Below are positions 24,335 through 37,460 of a DNA stretch of 64,000 nucleotides, one piece after another (positions within the stretch are counted from its first letter, which is position 1; the number at the start of each line of letters is the position of its first letter). The translations under genes were made by a program, and so were the position numbers. Origin of the DNA: Nemertoderma westbladi (taxonomy: Eukaryota > Animalia > Xenacoelomorpha); the NCBI GenBank assembly GCA_032718475.1, contig JAUCBJ010008622.1:62001-126000 (forward strand), given 5' to 3'. The notes under the pieces were generated by a model. That model searched no databases. It saw only the letters and a list, made by a program, of their open reading frames with translations, and was not told where the DNA came from.

Positions 24335-25158
24335 CTGAAATATATAAAATGTAAATAAAACATATTAGAACAGAATTGTAATATTATTCGTTATAGTAGA
24401 AATAAGGTTATATATAAAGTAAAAGGTAAATATATTACCACTCTCAGTTAAACCCACCAGCTGGAGAAGAATGTGTGGATGCGAACTCCAGGAATCGCTT
24501 TTGTAGAGTCGCCAAGCGGAAGGATGAGTTAGAGTGGGTAATTAACTCGCCCTTCTTCGACCCAGGCAGCCCAGTAAATGTCCCATTCTCTCGCACCGAA
24601 GTTGAGCTTTGTATAAATAAACTGTTCGCTTTATTTTCAAATTTTGGTGGCGGGCATATATAAAAATAAACTTTAATGAACGATTATTCCCAAAAGTCCT
24701 GGACACCCTGTGAAAAACCCAGAACGATAAACCGACCGAGTAGCTAAGTGGTATTAAAACACCTAAATGTAGTAGCACTGAGTATGTTATTAGGCCGTTT
24801 CGACTGAGACATACATGTAAAATTGTAAAGCTTCCATGTGACCCATTTATTTATTATATTAACCCCTTCAGTACGGGGACGAGCGGGTGCTCGTCATCAC
24901 TACCACCACAGTGACGAGCACGCACTCGTCATAAGTTCAAAGCATTTTAACCAGTCTTGACATTCACCCGGTGACAGAAACTTAGTAATTTAAACCTCCC
25001 GCGCATTATAGAAGCCTCCTATAACTTATATAGTGCGCGGGAAGTTTAAAATACCAAGTTCAATAGGCTTTAAGTTGACGAATGGAATACTGGAATAGGT
25101 AGGATATACTGTACCGGTATACTGTAGCCTACACTGCATTCTATACAGTTCTATACTG

Positions 25159-26454
25159 ATGGGTGACAGCAGTAGGCCTAAGCGAAAAACTAGACCTGTA
25201 AGTTACTACGGGTTTGAGACTGTTGATAGTGGTAGTGAAGATGGCCTCGAAGGAGATGACGAGGAAGGAAGTGTTGAAGGAGATGAATCGGATACTGGCG
25301 ATGACGAGGAGACAACAACTAGCGAGGAGACAGCAACTAGTGGTCCTAGTGAGTTTGTGTTTATTTCTCCTAATGCAGACAGTTATGCGAGTGATCACCC
25401 CTGTGTATTTACCGGTAAACCTGGTTGGAAAGTTACGGGAGTTTCTGACGGCGATGACTTTGGGCCTGTAGATTACGGTAAACTGTTTCTGACAGATGAT
25501 CTTTTTTTGGCACTAGCCAACTGGACAAATGTTAGATCACATTTATTTCATGATGGCCAGATTGAAACTGAACCAAAGAAGTCACACACAGTGAAGTGGC
25601 GTGATGTCACATTGTTAGAAATGAAAAAATTCATTGGTCTGACTTTACTAATGACTCTTGTAGAGAAACCCGAAATTCGATTATACTGGTCGACGGATGA
25701 ACTCATTGCTACTCCGTTTTTTACACGATCGGACTCAATGAGCCGTGATCGTTATCTTCAAATTTTGAAGTTCATTCGATTTTCACATCCAGAAAACTAT
25801 AACGTGGAATTTATTAATTTTAGACTTGATCAATTTTTGGATATTGTCAAAGAAATTTGTTCAAGTTATATACCGAAGCAAAACCTGTCATTAGATGAAG
25901 CTTTACTAAAGCACAAGGGACGATTGTCATTCAAGGTTTATATAAAAACTAAACGTGCACGATTTGGTATAAAACTATTCCTTGCTTGTGATTCTAATGG
26001 CTATATGGTTGTTGTTCGTGTTTATTACGGTAAAAAGTGGGAGATTCCTCAGGTGGATGATGGGAAGGAACTTTCTATGAGTGAAAATGTTGTTGCGCTG
26101 CTTTTGAAGGAGGTGCACCTTATGGATCAAGGTTATATTGTCCATGTAGATAATTGGTACACCAGTTTACGGCTAGTACGGTACTTACTAACTCATAGTA
26201 CAGGTTTGAGGGGCACCATTAGAGTAAACCGGGGAATACCAACTGCACTAAAGAATACCAAACTGACGCCCATCTCCTCTAAGTTTATGAGGAATGAGAG
26301 TATACTGGCTGTCAAATACACTGACAAACGAGATGTCTATATGTTGTCCACCGTTGACAATGCAGGTACTGTAGATAAGACCCGGCATGTTCGTGGTGGT
26401 GGCACAGTTGAATATACGAAACCCATCTGTATTGAGGAGTGTAACCGCAACATG
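25159..26454 (+). CDS. piggyBac transposase, N-part
   Basis: SLDEALL, FGIKLF and VDNWYT. Continues at 38647 as NM|GGVDRQDQ. Confidence 0.92.
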
Positions 26455-27644
26455 TGTTCGCGCTTTCAGACCTTTGGCAGTTTAACCCGCCAAATTAGGA
26501 TGTCTTCTAGATAATAAATCGCTTTAGCCTCTAACAAGTATTTGATTCACTACACTAGTTGAAACCAATCTGTGCGCGATCATTCACCCATTGGATATAC
26601 CCGGGAGATTGACTTCGACGGCTTAATCGTATTGCTATGTAAGCCTAATGTATTATTCGACTGACAGTATTATATAATCTCTGACAATATTATTCATCTT
26701 CGGGGAATATTAACAGTTCCTTTAGGACGTGGCGCTCTATCTATATAAACAGAGTTATGACTTAAACTACTCACAACGATATGGCTTAGTTACAATTCAC
26801 ATATATGGCGCATTCTTTAGGAAATGCTTCGTTATCAGTCTCACTCATACACAATGCTGCACAATACTGCACACTAATCTGCCGATCTTCACTGATTTTA
26901 GTCACATATAAAAGGAACACAGACCGACTCATGTAGGGTCTATCAAATAACATTAGATTCACTTAAAACCACTTTAACATAAGTCGCAATCGTTATATGT
27001 AACCTTTCTCTCTTACCTTCGGTATATCAAGAATATTGGGTTTCGGGGTTATTTCTCGTTATTCCAAATATAATAATTCATCAACAAATATAATGAATAA
27101 CCGACAGCAAAGCAGTAATGTTAAGTTAAGTTGCACAGTATGGGCCAGTTAACCAGTGTTAAACAGTGCAGATAACATTGAGTTACCCAGATAACGGATA
27201 TATGTCCTTATAATTAAGCCTACTAGTGTAAGGCTAAAGCAGAAAAGCACAAAATACTCCAAAGCCGTTCTTCCTTGGCTCAGGACTGAATGATAACACT
27301 GCCCATAATGCATTACGTGATTTCTCGGAAATTTCTGTACAAGAGCCATAAAAATGCTCTGATTGGCTGACTGAACTAAGAGAGAACAAAGAAACAAAGA
27401 AATGTTCTACGTGGCAATATCAGCTGTTAGCCGTCGTCATGGTAGCGACACTGTTTTCAAGAGTATCCAGCTATTGCGTCACGAAATTACGGATTATGTC
27501 CTTTAAAGTACACATACAGAAGAAATGGCTTTTATGTCCTCTAAAACACCAGTACAGTAAGGACACGGCCGTTTTATGCCTGGTAAACCAACTACAGAGT
27601 ACTTTACGGGAAAATAACCGGCTAATTACGCAAAAGCTTTTACA
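26455..27644 (-). repeat. E2 3' LTR
   Basis: TG...CA ends; near-identical to 37461-38641 (scattered substitutions, one 9-bp indel). Confidence 0.95.
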
Positions 27645-30600
27645 CCGCTCCCAGAAAATGGGATTTAAGTCTATAAAATATAACAAATCACAGTTTCTAA
27701 AATATAAAGATACTCTAAACAGTTAGTCTTTCTTACGCAGACGGCGTTTACGCAGTTTTTTGAGGCTAGCAAGAGTCTTTTTCTCTTTGGGGCGAGCCAC
27801 TTTACTAGGAAGGCTAGAACTCCTGGGTAAAGGGTGCAATACAATTGCATTAGAAGGTTTGGGTTTACGGTCGGTGTCTCGTCCAGTTCGATATGCTTCT
27901 CCTCGAGCTGATTTTCCTCCGCTTGTCATGGGATACGTTCGTCCAAAACTCTCGCAGAGAATAGGGTTTTCTAAGCTTGATATCTTCTTAGAGATTCGAG
28001 ATTTCCCAATCGACCTGAGATAAGGCTAATTCGTTTATCGATTGGACTTACTGTTATAACTTACGTTTATCTGAACAAACGCAGATTTCTTTTTTGATCT
28101 TTATAGAATAGCGTTCAACTCGTTTCGTACAACGCTCTCCTTCACCTTGATGAAGGGTTGTATCGCGTTAAACGGGGACGACCATACGGTTGGATAGTGA
28201 TATTAGGTGTCCGCGTCACAATCCGGCTAGGTAAGATTGGCGGCTAGCTACAAATCACTGTCGGAGTGTTACCGATTAATTGTTAGGGTAGCACTAGATC
28301 TTTGAACAGTGAATACAGTCCGCGAGGATCCGCGACACCACCAGGATCGCAGGTCTGAGGTCCAACTAAGGAATGAGGAGGTTTGACCGAGTATTCCGGG
28401 ACTCTGATCGTAGGTTTACTCCAGGATCGTTCGAGCCGAGTGAGCATAGGTGATACGTCAAACAAGTTTCGCTCGAAACTCCAGTAAATATAACGAACAC
28501 AACTGTGTTTAACACAACGTTTCCGTGGATGTTTATGTCTTTCCGTTTATTGGCTGGGTCTAGGGCATTTATCGTAATAATACCAAAGACGCACGTCTTG
28601 AAGGGGAAACGCGGGTGATATTTATTTGTTGTTACAATGCTTCTATCAAGAATTCCAAATATATGTTGGAGTTACCGCGTTTATTTGTTTCTTTAATGTC
28701 TTTTCTTTCGAGTCGATTTCGAATAGGATTTTCGCATTAGAAATTTGGTTTATCGTTTCGACTCCTCTGGGTATGATATGTTCGACATAGTCCGTATCGT
28801 GTAAATTGATAGAATGGCCAATGGTTAAGAAGTCCATATACATACCATTACAATGCGTGTAGCGAGCGGTGAATTTTCCATAGTCCAATTCACGCGTAAG
28901 TTACTTCCAGGAAATCGTAGGTTCGATATAACGACCATCATCCTTCGTAGTAGTTGGACTAGTATCACCGCGTATCAAGCTATCAACAAACGTTTGAAAG
29001 TAGAGTATATCGCTCCCCGATACCAAGACCATCTTCTATCAACTCAATCATATCTGCTATATGAGTTTATCCATATTATAATGAGTTTATATTTAGGCGA
29101 GCGGGCGTCGCTGCCTACCCCAATCAGCCCCCGGACAGTGCGAGATCCTCAGCACCGATGTGTCGTCGCCGCTGTACTTTCGCCAACGACGTAGCCGCAC
29201 AACGACAACGACAACCGGCACAAGTCACTTGACTGTCCGTCCCAAAGGCTTAGATACACCTCAGGTTCTTACTGGAGAGTTAGGGTTACTTTCACAATTG
29301 CGACTCGCTACTGTAAACACACCTTAGTAGTAACATTCGCCTATAAACTCACAAATACCACACACACAACTTGTCACAAATTACACACACTCGGGCCATT
29401 TGTCCGTTAGTCAATGCCTTCCAGAATGTCACTGTATTATTATGTATCCTTGGATACTAGCAGTGCGCTATTTATTCCCTATGCTATTCAATGGGACAAG
29501 CTTTCTATTGTTCTTTTAACTCAATTCTAATTCTAGCGTGGTTGTTGCTATGGTGACATTATGCAAAACTAGCGGTAGAATTAGAGTAATTCCAATGCAT
29601 ACAGATCTGGGATGTTATTTAATAGTAATTCTTTAATGATCAATGTTCTGTTTTATACATGACTTTATGAATTTTATCGGCTATTGACTATGTTTGGGAG
29701 ACTTTCGCACACTCATACGCATGATAAGATAAATCTCCGCTCCCGTGATCTATTAATTAATGGAATTTTGGGAATGTTATAAATTGCGTAAAAATGGCAA
29801 TTTATTAAATTCATTAAAAGGCATGAATTTAAATTTATTCCCTGAAATTTTATTATTTGATAATTAAATTGACATATTTTGATTCTAGAACATGTCTGGG
29901 GACACAAGATCCTTAATTCTATGAAAATTGTCCTTTTAAGAATATCGGTAAATGCTACGATATCTTAATTGACTAGAATTGTTGAAGGATCTGAATTTTA
30001 CAGATTTTGATTTATTAGATTTGCAAATATTAAATAATTAATATTTGAGATGGGCACCGATTTATTCCAGAACTTTTCTGGGGACGTTAACCACTGATTC
30101 TAGAATTTGTCTTTCAAGTATATCGGTGGGTGCCGCGATATCTTAATCGACTAGAATTGCAGATGGTCAAAGGGTTTAACAGATTTATTTTGCGTTATAC
30201 TCTACTGTTAAAGGGACATCACGCTACTATATGTATTATTTAATATACGGTATGAGAGCAATATCGCACGAAGCAATGTCAGTGTGAAGAGGCAAGTCGT
30301 TTCCAAGGTCTACCCAGAGCTTGGTTTAGCCGAGACACGAGGATCTGAACTTTGCATTCCTAATACTCTGCCTACCAATAATACTTGAATATAGTAGTGG
30401 CTTTATTGTACTTTGATAAGTACGGACATTTCATCTTACTGTAGTTACGTATTTGTAATGTAATACGGACAGTAAGGAAAGAGAAAAAATAATTATTTCT
30501 CGCCGTTGCACTAAATATATTATAAGTAATTACGTACGTAATAAACACTAATATATTGCACTAATCTACTAAATAATCTCTAAAATACCATACTACTAAA

Positions 30601-30707
30601 TAAAATTAAATAAAACGATTAAAATAAAATTACATAATAATACATACATAAATATAAAAATAAAACAAATACAAAATAATAGAGTCACACACCCACTCCA
30701 TATGTTG

Positions 30708-33700
30708 TTACGTTATGGAGTCCCTAGATGTTTGAAGGATTAGGGAGGTGGTCGTGGGAAGAGAATCTTGCCTTCCACAGTTTCCGGAGAGTCCTCCATT
30801 CCCTTCCGGTAAACACAAACGACCGACTGGGTGATTGAGTCGCTGCATCCCGAATACAATTCCAGGTTTCCTCTTCGTCCTGGAATAGTGACGATAGAAA
30901 CATCGCTCTAGGTACACGACGGCCTTACAAAGCCGATTCCAGGAGCTATAGTGGTCCGTCGCTCCCTGCAGGAGAGGTGAGAGTCCCTGCGAGACGTCTG
31001 ATGTTCCAGAGCTCTCTCTGGTCTTCATGAAGGATCCACTCGCGGTGGGGAGGTCCAGATCCACGGCGTCGTCCCTGGCAATATGTAATACCGACAGATC
31101 TATCCCGGGTTCAAATAACTCCGCTCCACCCGTCCGGGTTTTAGGTTTAACTTTCTCCGCTCCCTTGGCTGGTCTAATCTCAGTCGGAGTAAGATGGGGA
31201 GGCCATTCATCCTCCTTACTCAGGAAGTCGGGTTCACCTAACCGGTCTGTAGTATCTGTCAGTTCTTGAGGAGTTGCTCCTCTGGAAGCGATGTCAGTTG
31301 GATTAAACTTCTTGGGGCAATATCTCCATTGATCTACATTGGAGCTAAGATTGTCATTATCTGAGGAGTGTGGTGTTCCCTCAGTTGGGTCGTCTCCCTT
31401 ACTAGTATCATCTTCCCATTCACTCACCTGGCGGACGCGATCTTGAAGCAGTCTTTCTCTGAGCGTTCTTCGGGAAGGTCCAGTAAGGTACCAACCTACT
31501 CTAGTTCTTACCGCATAGGTCTGAAGTGGTTGCGGTTGAGCAGGTCGTTTCTCCAATGTCTCCAGCGCCTCATGCGCGTTTTGACCAATTAATATTTGTA
31601 CTCCAGGATAATCGGTGTCGAATCTAGGGATGTTAAGTTGTTGGGCATGATCATCTTCGTCCCAATTATAAGGTTCCACTTGGGTGGTAGCGAAGTTCTT
31701 TATTGCCACCATTTTGACTGACCTTATACTGTATTCTCCTAGTTTATCCTGTGGAGTGGACAACTCACCTATATAATAGTCGGCAGCCACAGCAGGTTTC
31801 CAAACCTGCATGATCCCTGACATGTTTAGCTTGGTTCGGAACTTGGGTTGTCCAGCAAAGATGTCTTCGGCTAGTTCTTTATCGATGAATGTTCCTGTGC
31901 TACCGGAGTCCAGGAGGGCGTTCACTATATAGCTCTTCTGAGGTCCGTGGACCCGTAACTGGACGACAGGAAATTCTCGGATTCCTATATTGGAAGTTGG
32001 CGTTTTCCAAGATGGTTGTTGATCAGAAGTAGTTAAGGTAAGGTCGCTGTCTGTGTCTTTCTCATGCACGAGTGCTCGATACACTGCGGTGGTGTTTATT
32101 AGGTAACAGGATTCGTTTTGGTCGGAGAACTCGTCCGTATAGAATCCTTCCATCTCAGATTGATCAGTGTCGTTCACATCACTGAATTGGACATGTAGTT
32201 CGGACTCACTTACCTGACTCGGACTATTTCGTTCGAATTCCGTGTGCAACAAGATATGATGTTTTGCGCCGCACTTTGCACACCTTGCGTCGGAGTAACA
32301 GGTTCGCCGTTGGTGTCCTCGTCTGAGGCAATTATAACACAACCGCTTATCCCACATGACTTCACGTCTATCCTTTAGTGATTTCCTCAGGAATTTAACA
32401 CACGCATTTAAACGGTGGGGCCCGTCGCACAGCACACATTTCGGCTTGATGTTACTTACTTTAACCTGTGCTATGTGGTGCACACTTGTTCTTTCCTCGG
32501 GCTTTCTCACCTGAATTCTCTTGGGAGACGTAAGAGGAGTTTTTCTTACCTGTTCTCTCTTATCATTGGATCGAGACTTAAATTTACTTCCCTGTTCGTT
32601 AGGTGTTTTATGGCTATCATAAGATCTTTCAGTGTCTTTTCCGCTGTCCTCTCCTTGAGAAGTCTGGCTTTCGCCATCGTCGGTATAACACACTGGCGTT
32701 ACCTTTCTCCTGGAGACGGGTTTCTCACTTACCTTGTTTTCCGATGTCTTCTCTCTGGACTGCTTTATGAGCTGTAATTTCACTTCGCCATCCAAGAATG
32801 TCATGAGATCAGTCATGGTAGGGTCTCGTTGTTGTTGTTCCATCATGTATAACACCTTTTTGTCCCAGCGTGTACCTACTCCACCCTTCGGTAAAGTAGA
32901 AGCCACTGCTCTAATAACCATAGCACTCTGATACTCATGAGACTTACCTAGCCAATCTAATTGTCTGCAGATCTCCTGAATTTCATCGGAAAACTCTATA
33001 ATCCCGCTGCTAATAAACTTTCGGGGCGCTACCAACTTTGCATACAAATACCCAGCTATGTTATTCCTATTACCATACCTGATGTTTAGTGTATCCCAAA
33101 CTTGTCTTAATCCGTCTGGATGTCCAATAAACCTTAACGCCATTAACTTGGGAGGTCCTTCCAAGCACTCGATGAGGAATCTAAGTTTCTCTCCATTAGA
33201 TAGCACAGAGTTCTGTATGTTATCTTTGTAATATTCATTAAAAGGTAACCATTTCATCTCATCTCCATTGAACTTGACGATCTCTCCAACCTTTACCGCT
33301 TGTCGGGCTTCGGTTCTAGCCATTTGGCGTGTAAAACTTTCTTGAGCCATCGTATTATTGAATAGAGAATTATCGGTATATAAGTTTCTCGGATTATTAT
33401 CAAGTCTAGATGAGATATCATTATCAACAGGTTTATAATTACCCTTAATAGGGTTTACTATAGGAGTTTCTACTTCGCTAGCAGTATAGATGCGTGTAGG
33501 CTCCACACCTTGCGCATGGGATACTTCAGACCTAACGGGTTGACACATTGTTACAGGGGGTGGTGGTATACCCTTTTGTGTGTTCACTAATTTATCGCGT
33601 TCTAGCGCGATACTTTGCTGCACTTCTTGCAACTCTAGTCTACTTTCCCTTACTGTGCCCTTGAATTGCTGAACAGTCTCCTGCATCTGCCCGAGCAGGA

Positions 33701-33728
33701 GATCCATCCCCGTCTCTCGTCCACCCAT
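30708..33728 (-). CDS. E2 gag-protease: DUF1759-like core, three Cys/His knuckles, aspartic protease, fused to a post-RNase H remnant
   Basis: KFNGD..KW, LNIRYG, CVLCDGPH...C, CYNCLRRGH...C, CAKCGAKHHILLH, LLDSGST, RTRVGW, then WRYCP..NPTDIASRG. Confidence 0.88.
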   Translation of the reverse strand: MGGRETGMDLLLGQMQETVQQFKGTVRESRLELQEVQQSIALERDKLVNTQKGIPPPPVTMCQPVRSEVSHAQGVEPTRIYTASEVETPIVNPIKGNYKPVDNDISSRLDNNPRNLYTDNSLFNNTMAQESFTRQMARTEARQAVKVGEIVKFNGDEMKWLPFNEYYKDNIQNSVLSNGEKLRFLIECLEGPPKLMALRFIGHPDGLRQVWDTLNIRYGNRNNIAGYLYAKLVAPRKFISSGIIEFSDEIQEICRQLDWLGKSHEYQSAMVIRAVASTLPKGGVGTRWDKKVLYMMEQQQRDPTMTDLMTFLDGEVKLQLIKQSREKTSENKVSEKPVSRRKVTPVCYTDDGESQTSQGEDSGKDTERSYDSHKTPNEQGSKFKSRSNDKREQVRKTPLTSPKRIQVRKPEERTSVHHIAQVKVSNIKPKCVLCDGPHRLNACVKFLRKSLKDRREVMWDKRLCYNCLRRGHQRRTCYSDARCAKCGAKHHILLHTEFERNSPSQVSESELHVQFSDVNDTDQSEMEGFYTDEFSDQNESCYLINTTAVYRALVHEKDTDSDLTLTTSDQQPSWKTPTSNIGIREFPVVQLRVHGPQKSYIVNALLDSGSTGTFIDKELAEDIFAGQPKFRTKLNMSGIMQVWKPAVAADYYIGELSTPQDKLGEYSIRSVKMVAIKNFATTQVEPYNWDEDDHAQQLNIPRFDTDYPGVQILIGQNAHEALETLEKRPAQPQPLQTYAVRTRVGWYLTGPSRRTLRERLLQDRVRQVSEWEDDTSKGDDPTEGTPHSSDNDNLSSNVDQWRYCPKKFNPTDIASRGATPQELTDTTDRLGEPDFLSKEDEWPPHLTPTEIRPAKGAEKVKPKTRTGGAELFEPGIDLSVLHIARDDAVDLDLPTASGSFMKTRESSGTSDVSQGLSPLLQGATDHYSSWNRLCKAVVYLERCFYRHYSRTKRKPGIVFGMQRLNHPVGRLCLPEGNGGLSGNCGRQDSLPTTTSLILQTSRDSIT

Positions 33729-35237
33729 TCGACCGCCGAAGCGGGAGTCGCCAACGTTGTAGCGGGCGGACGAGGGACAACGGGCGACAAATCATGAATA
33801 TTTCGCTCGGGGTCCAGGACCTGAACTGTCTCCTGGGCAGTTCTACTGGGCACAGGTAGCTTAGTGCTGTGCAGAGGGAATTTAGAGGTAGCTTCAGGGA
33901 GCACAGGTGTGTCTATCACCGAAGGGGTGATTTCAAGAACAGGCCTAATTATTTCAGGCTCATCTACTATAGTAGGGAGTCTTTCTATTTTAATTATTTG
34001 GTCTGTGGGTTCTGTACTACCTAAGTTAGTGCTATTTAGTTGCCTTCTAACAGCTGGAGGCAAATCAGGCAATTTCTGACGGTGGGATGTTCTTTTACGT
34101 CTACTTAGACGAGATCTATTTCCTTTGCCTTCATTATCGGTGGTATCGCCTTCCTCAGATGATGTATATCCCTGTCTTTTGGGAGTAGATCGATTCATCA
34201 TCTGCATATTACTAGCTACTAACTGTTTATTTATGCAGTCTTGATTCTCCTGAATGTTTTCCAATTCTAATTGGGTGATTTCTTCCGCCGCTCTACGTTC
34301 TGCTTCTGCCACTGCCACATCCGCCTTTCTTTTCATTTCTGCTGCCTTTCTTTTCGCTTCTGCCTCTGCCGCTGCCACTGCCACATCCGCCTTTCTTTTC
34401 ATTTCTGCTGCCTTTCTTTTCGCTTCTGCCTCTGCCGCTGCCGCTGCCGCTGCCGCTGCCACTGCCGCTGCCGCTGCCGCTGCCGCTGCCGCTGCCGCTG
34501 CCGCTGCCGCTGCCGCTTTCCTTTCCATTTCGTCAAATTTACTTTCCTCTTCGGCTGCTTTCCTTTCCGCTTCGGCAGCTGCTACTGCTGCTTTCTTTCT
34601 GTCTTCTATACGTTTTTTCTTTACTTGGTTATTTAGCTTGGTTCGCCGCTAACATTTCCGCATCGATTGCGTCCAGCACAAGCTTGGTTCCTTCACTATT
34701 AGGGCTAAGCCCCTCCAGCCTTCTCCTCAACTCGTCATCACCTAAAAAACGTTGATAGTCTGACAGATAGATGTCAATGGCATCTCTCTTTCGAGGCCCC
34801 TCCGCTGTCCCTTCGATTTCTTCTTGAGAAGAAGTGGTGTCGGTTGATTCTTCATAGGTTGGCCGTTCATTATAAACCGTATCCGCCATCTTCGCTCCGC
34901 GTTCGGGCGTCCGCTCAACAGTATCCGAACTACTGGAGCTCTCGGGCCGCTGAGAACTAGGTTCTTGGCTAGGAGGTTGCTGCTGTTTGGCAGCTGCTTC
35001 TTGATCCCGCTTAACTTGGGCCCGAGTACCGATGATAGACCTACGGCGCTTCACTAACTTCGCGAATTGCGAAATTGCTTCTACTAACCTAGGTTCTGAC
35101 ACAGCTACTGTAGGGGTTGTCTTTCTTACAGTAGGAGGGGTTTCAGACCTCGGTCTGGGATTCTCTATACTCCTATCTGATAAACAGACTGTTGTTTCTA
35201 GGAGACTATCTGACAGAGTTTGCCTTGTGTCAGACAT
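33650..35237 (-). pseudogene. E2 gag N-terminal region (frameshifted; poly-Ala and coiled coil)
   Basis: ORFs 34629-35237 and 33650-34528 lie in sequence upstream of 30708-33728; (GCCGCT)n run at ~34430-34517. Confidence 0.65.
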
Positions 35238-37460
35238 GTTTGTTTGTACAGTTGGATGCCTACTGCTATATTACAGCCTAAGCAAGTCTAGTAATTCAAT
35301 ATTAACTGTTAGCCTAGTAATTAATTATCGATACTGCTACTCAGTGTAGCGTGATATATATATAATATATTAGAATATCGGTATGCTTATAGTATATATA
35401 AGTATTATTACGGACTAGGTTTATCACAGAATACCGGTATAATTTTAGCACAAATATATATAAATATATAATAGGCCTATCGGGAATACCGGTATACAGC
35501 TTACAGTTTGTAGCATATATAAGTATAATTCTGGACTAGAATTAATTATAAAGTACCGGTATAATTTCAGCCTAAATTTATAGAAATAAAGATAATAGGC
35601 CTATCGTAAATACTGGTATATCAATTATTTTAAATAATTGAATTTCTGAACTTTAGGGTTACTTGGTTACTTTACTTACTTTATTACCGCTATTTGAGCA
35701 GTAGTCCAACTGATATTGAGACCTAATGGTTGTGTGGTAGGCCTACTATTTATAAATCGTTAGATTTGATTTATAATATATATATACCCGTTTTAATGGG
35801 TTTTGTCAATGTTTGAAATAAATGTTATTATTTCTGGGGAGTAATCACTACACAAAGCGGTGCGCTTTCAGTGAAGTGTTACTTATAGGACACTTAAACA
35901 AATAATGCTAATTTACCTAAGTTACTTAATACTACAAATTACGTACAATTCGGGTGAGATTACAATCTCTAAATAAACACAAAAATTTACAAAAAACACA
36001 AATACGAATTTTTAGGGTAATTTTACAAGAAGTCTACAAACCAGCCTAACAAAGGGTTAGAAATCTGGTTATTACAACGGACAGGGTACTACGGTATTTG
36101 AAAATAATAAGTAGTAGTAAATACACTGCGTTGTCCAGATAGGAAAATACCACCGCCTGACGACCTATAGCCGTATCGCTATAGGTTCTACGTTATGTAT
36201 GACGGAGTGTTCCTACCTAGAAGTTAATAGAGCTAATCGAACGTGCCTATCAACCACTTTACAACACAAATATAATGCCTACACTAATTACTTTCGGAAA
36301 GCACTGTACACTAAACCCTAAATTAGGTACGAGTACTTGTACAACAGATAATCAGTAGTTAAATATACTTGAACAACTAAAAGAACCACGGCATCTGCTG
36401 GAGTGACCGGTGCACAAAATCACCAGTCTTTACCTACGCCAAGCAGCCCGTGTAGTACTGGGGTTAGTTTAACTATAACGGTATGTATAACAAACACAAT
36501 TACTGTAGGAACAAACTTGGGGAATGAATGTTGCGAATAATCGCATAAACTCTGAATAATAAATATTACGCTACGCGTACAAACTACTCAAACAAAATGC
36601 AGACCAAACACTGACAGACTACTATCAAGCCTAAATAAACTACAGGACATGCAGACTCCGAAATGATTAGGTAGTATGCGTTCTAACCCAGTAGTACGAC
36701 TTTTTCTTTAGATGGGGGTTTACCTTACAGCTTTGGCTGCCCCTACTTCCTAACCGTTCTTTATCGGACAGAGGCTCTACACACACTGCAATCCGTTCAG
36801 ACCTAATAACAGCCAGACAACTATCCAGCCTACAAATTTTCTAAATAAATATTATACGCTACCCGTACAGACTTACACAAACAAAGTACAGACTAAACGA
36901 TGGCAGACTACTCTCAAGCCTAAATAAACTACAGGACATGCAGACTCCGAAATGATTAGGTAGTATGCGTTCTAACCCAGTAGTACGACTTATTCTTTAG
37001 TTGGGGGTTTACCTTACAGCTTTGGCTGCCCCTACTTCCTAACCGTTCTTTATCGGACAGGTGATCTACATACACTGCAATCCGTTCAGACTTAACAGCA
37101 ATCAGACAACAGTTCAACCTACAAATTGTCTGTACAATCTGATCAGGCTTACACGCCTTCTGTTCAATACTGGCCTACAAACAAATAAAACTGACAGAAA
37201 TAGGCCTAAGTAAAATCCCAATAAAAACCAGGCGTCCCCGATTAATTATTAAGACCTACTGGTATATAATAATCAAAATCGAATAATACTGCTGTACCTA
37301 TACGGGAAGTACCGGTTAGGACAGTTGGGCCTACAGACCTACAGAAGTACCGGTTCTGGCAGTTGGGCCTACTGACCTACAGATGTACCGTTCAGGTTTA
37401 CCGGTTGACCGGTACTTTCAACTTTATTGCTTACTTCAATAAAGAAGCTATATCCGTTAT

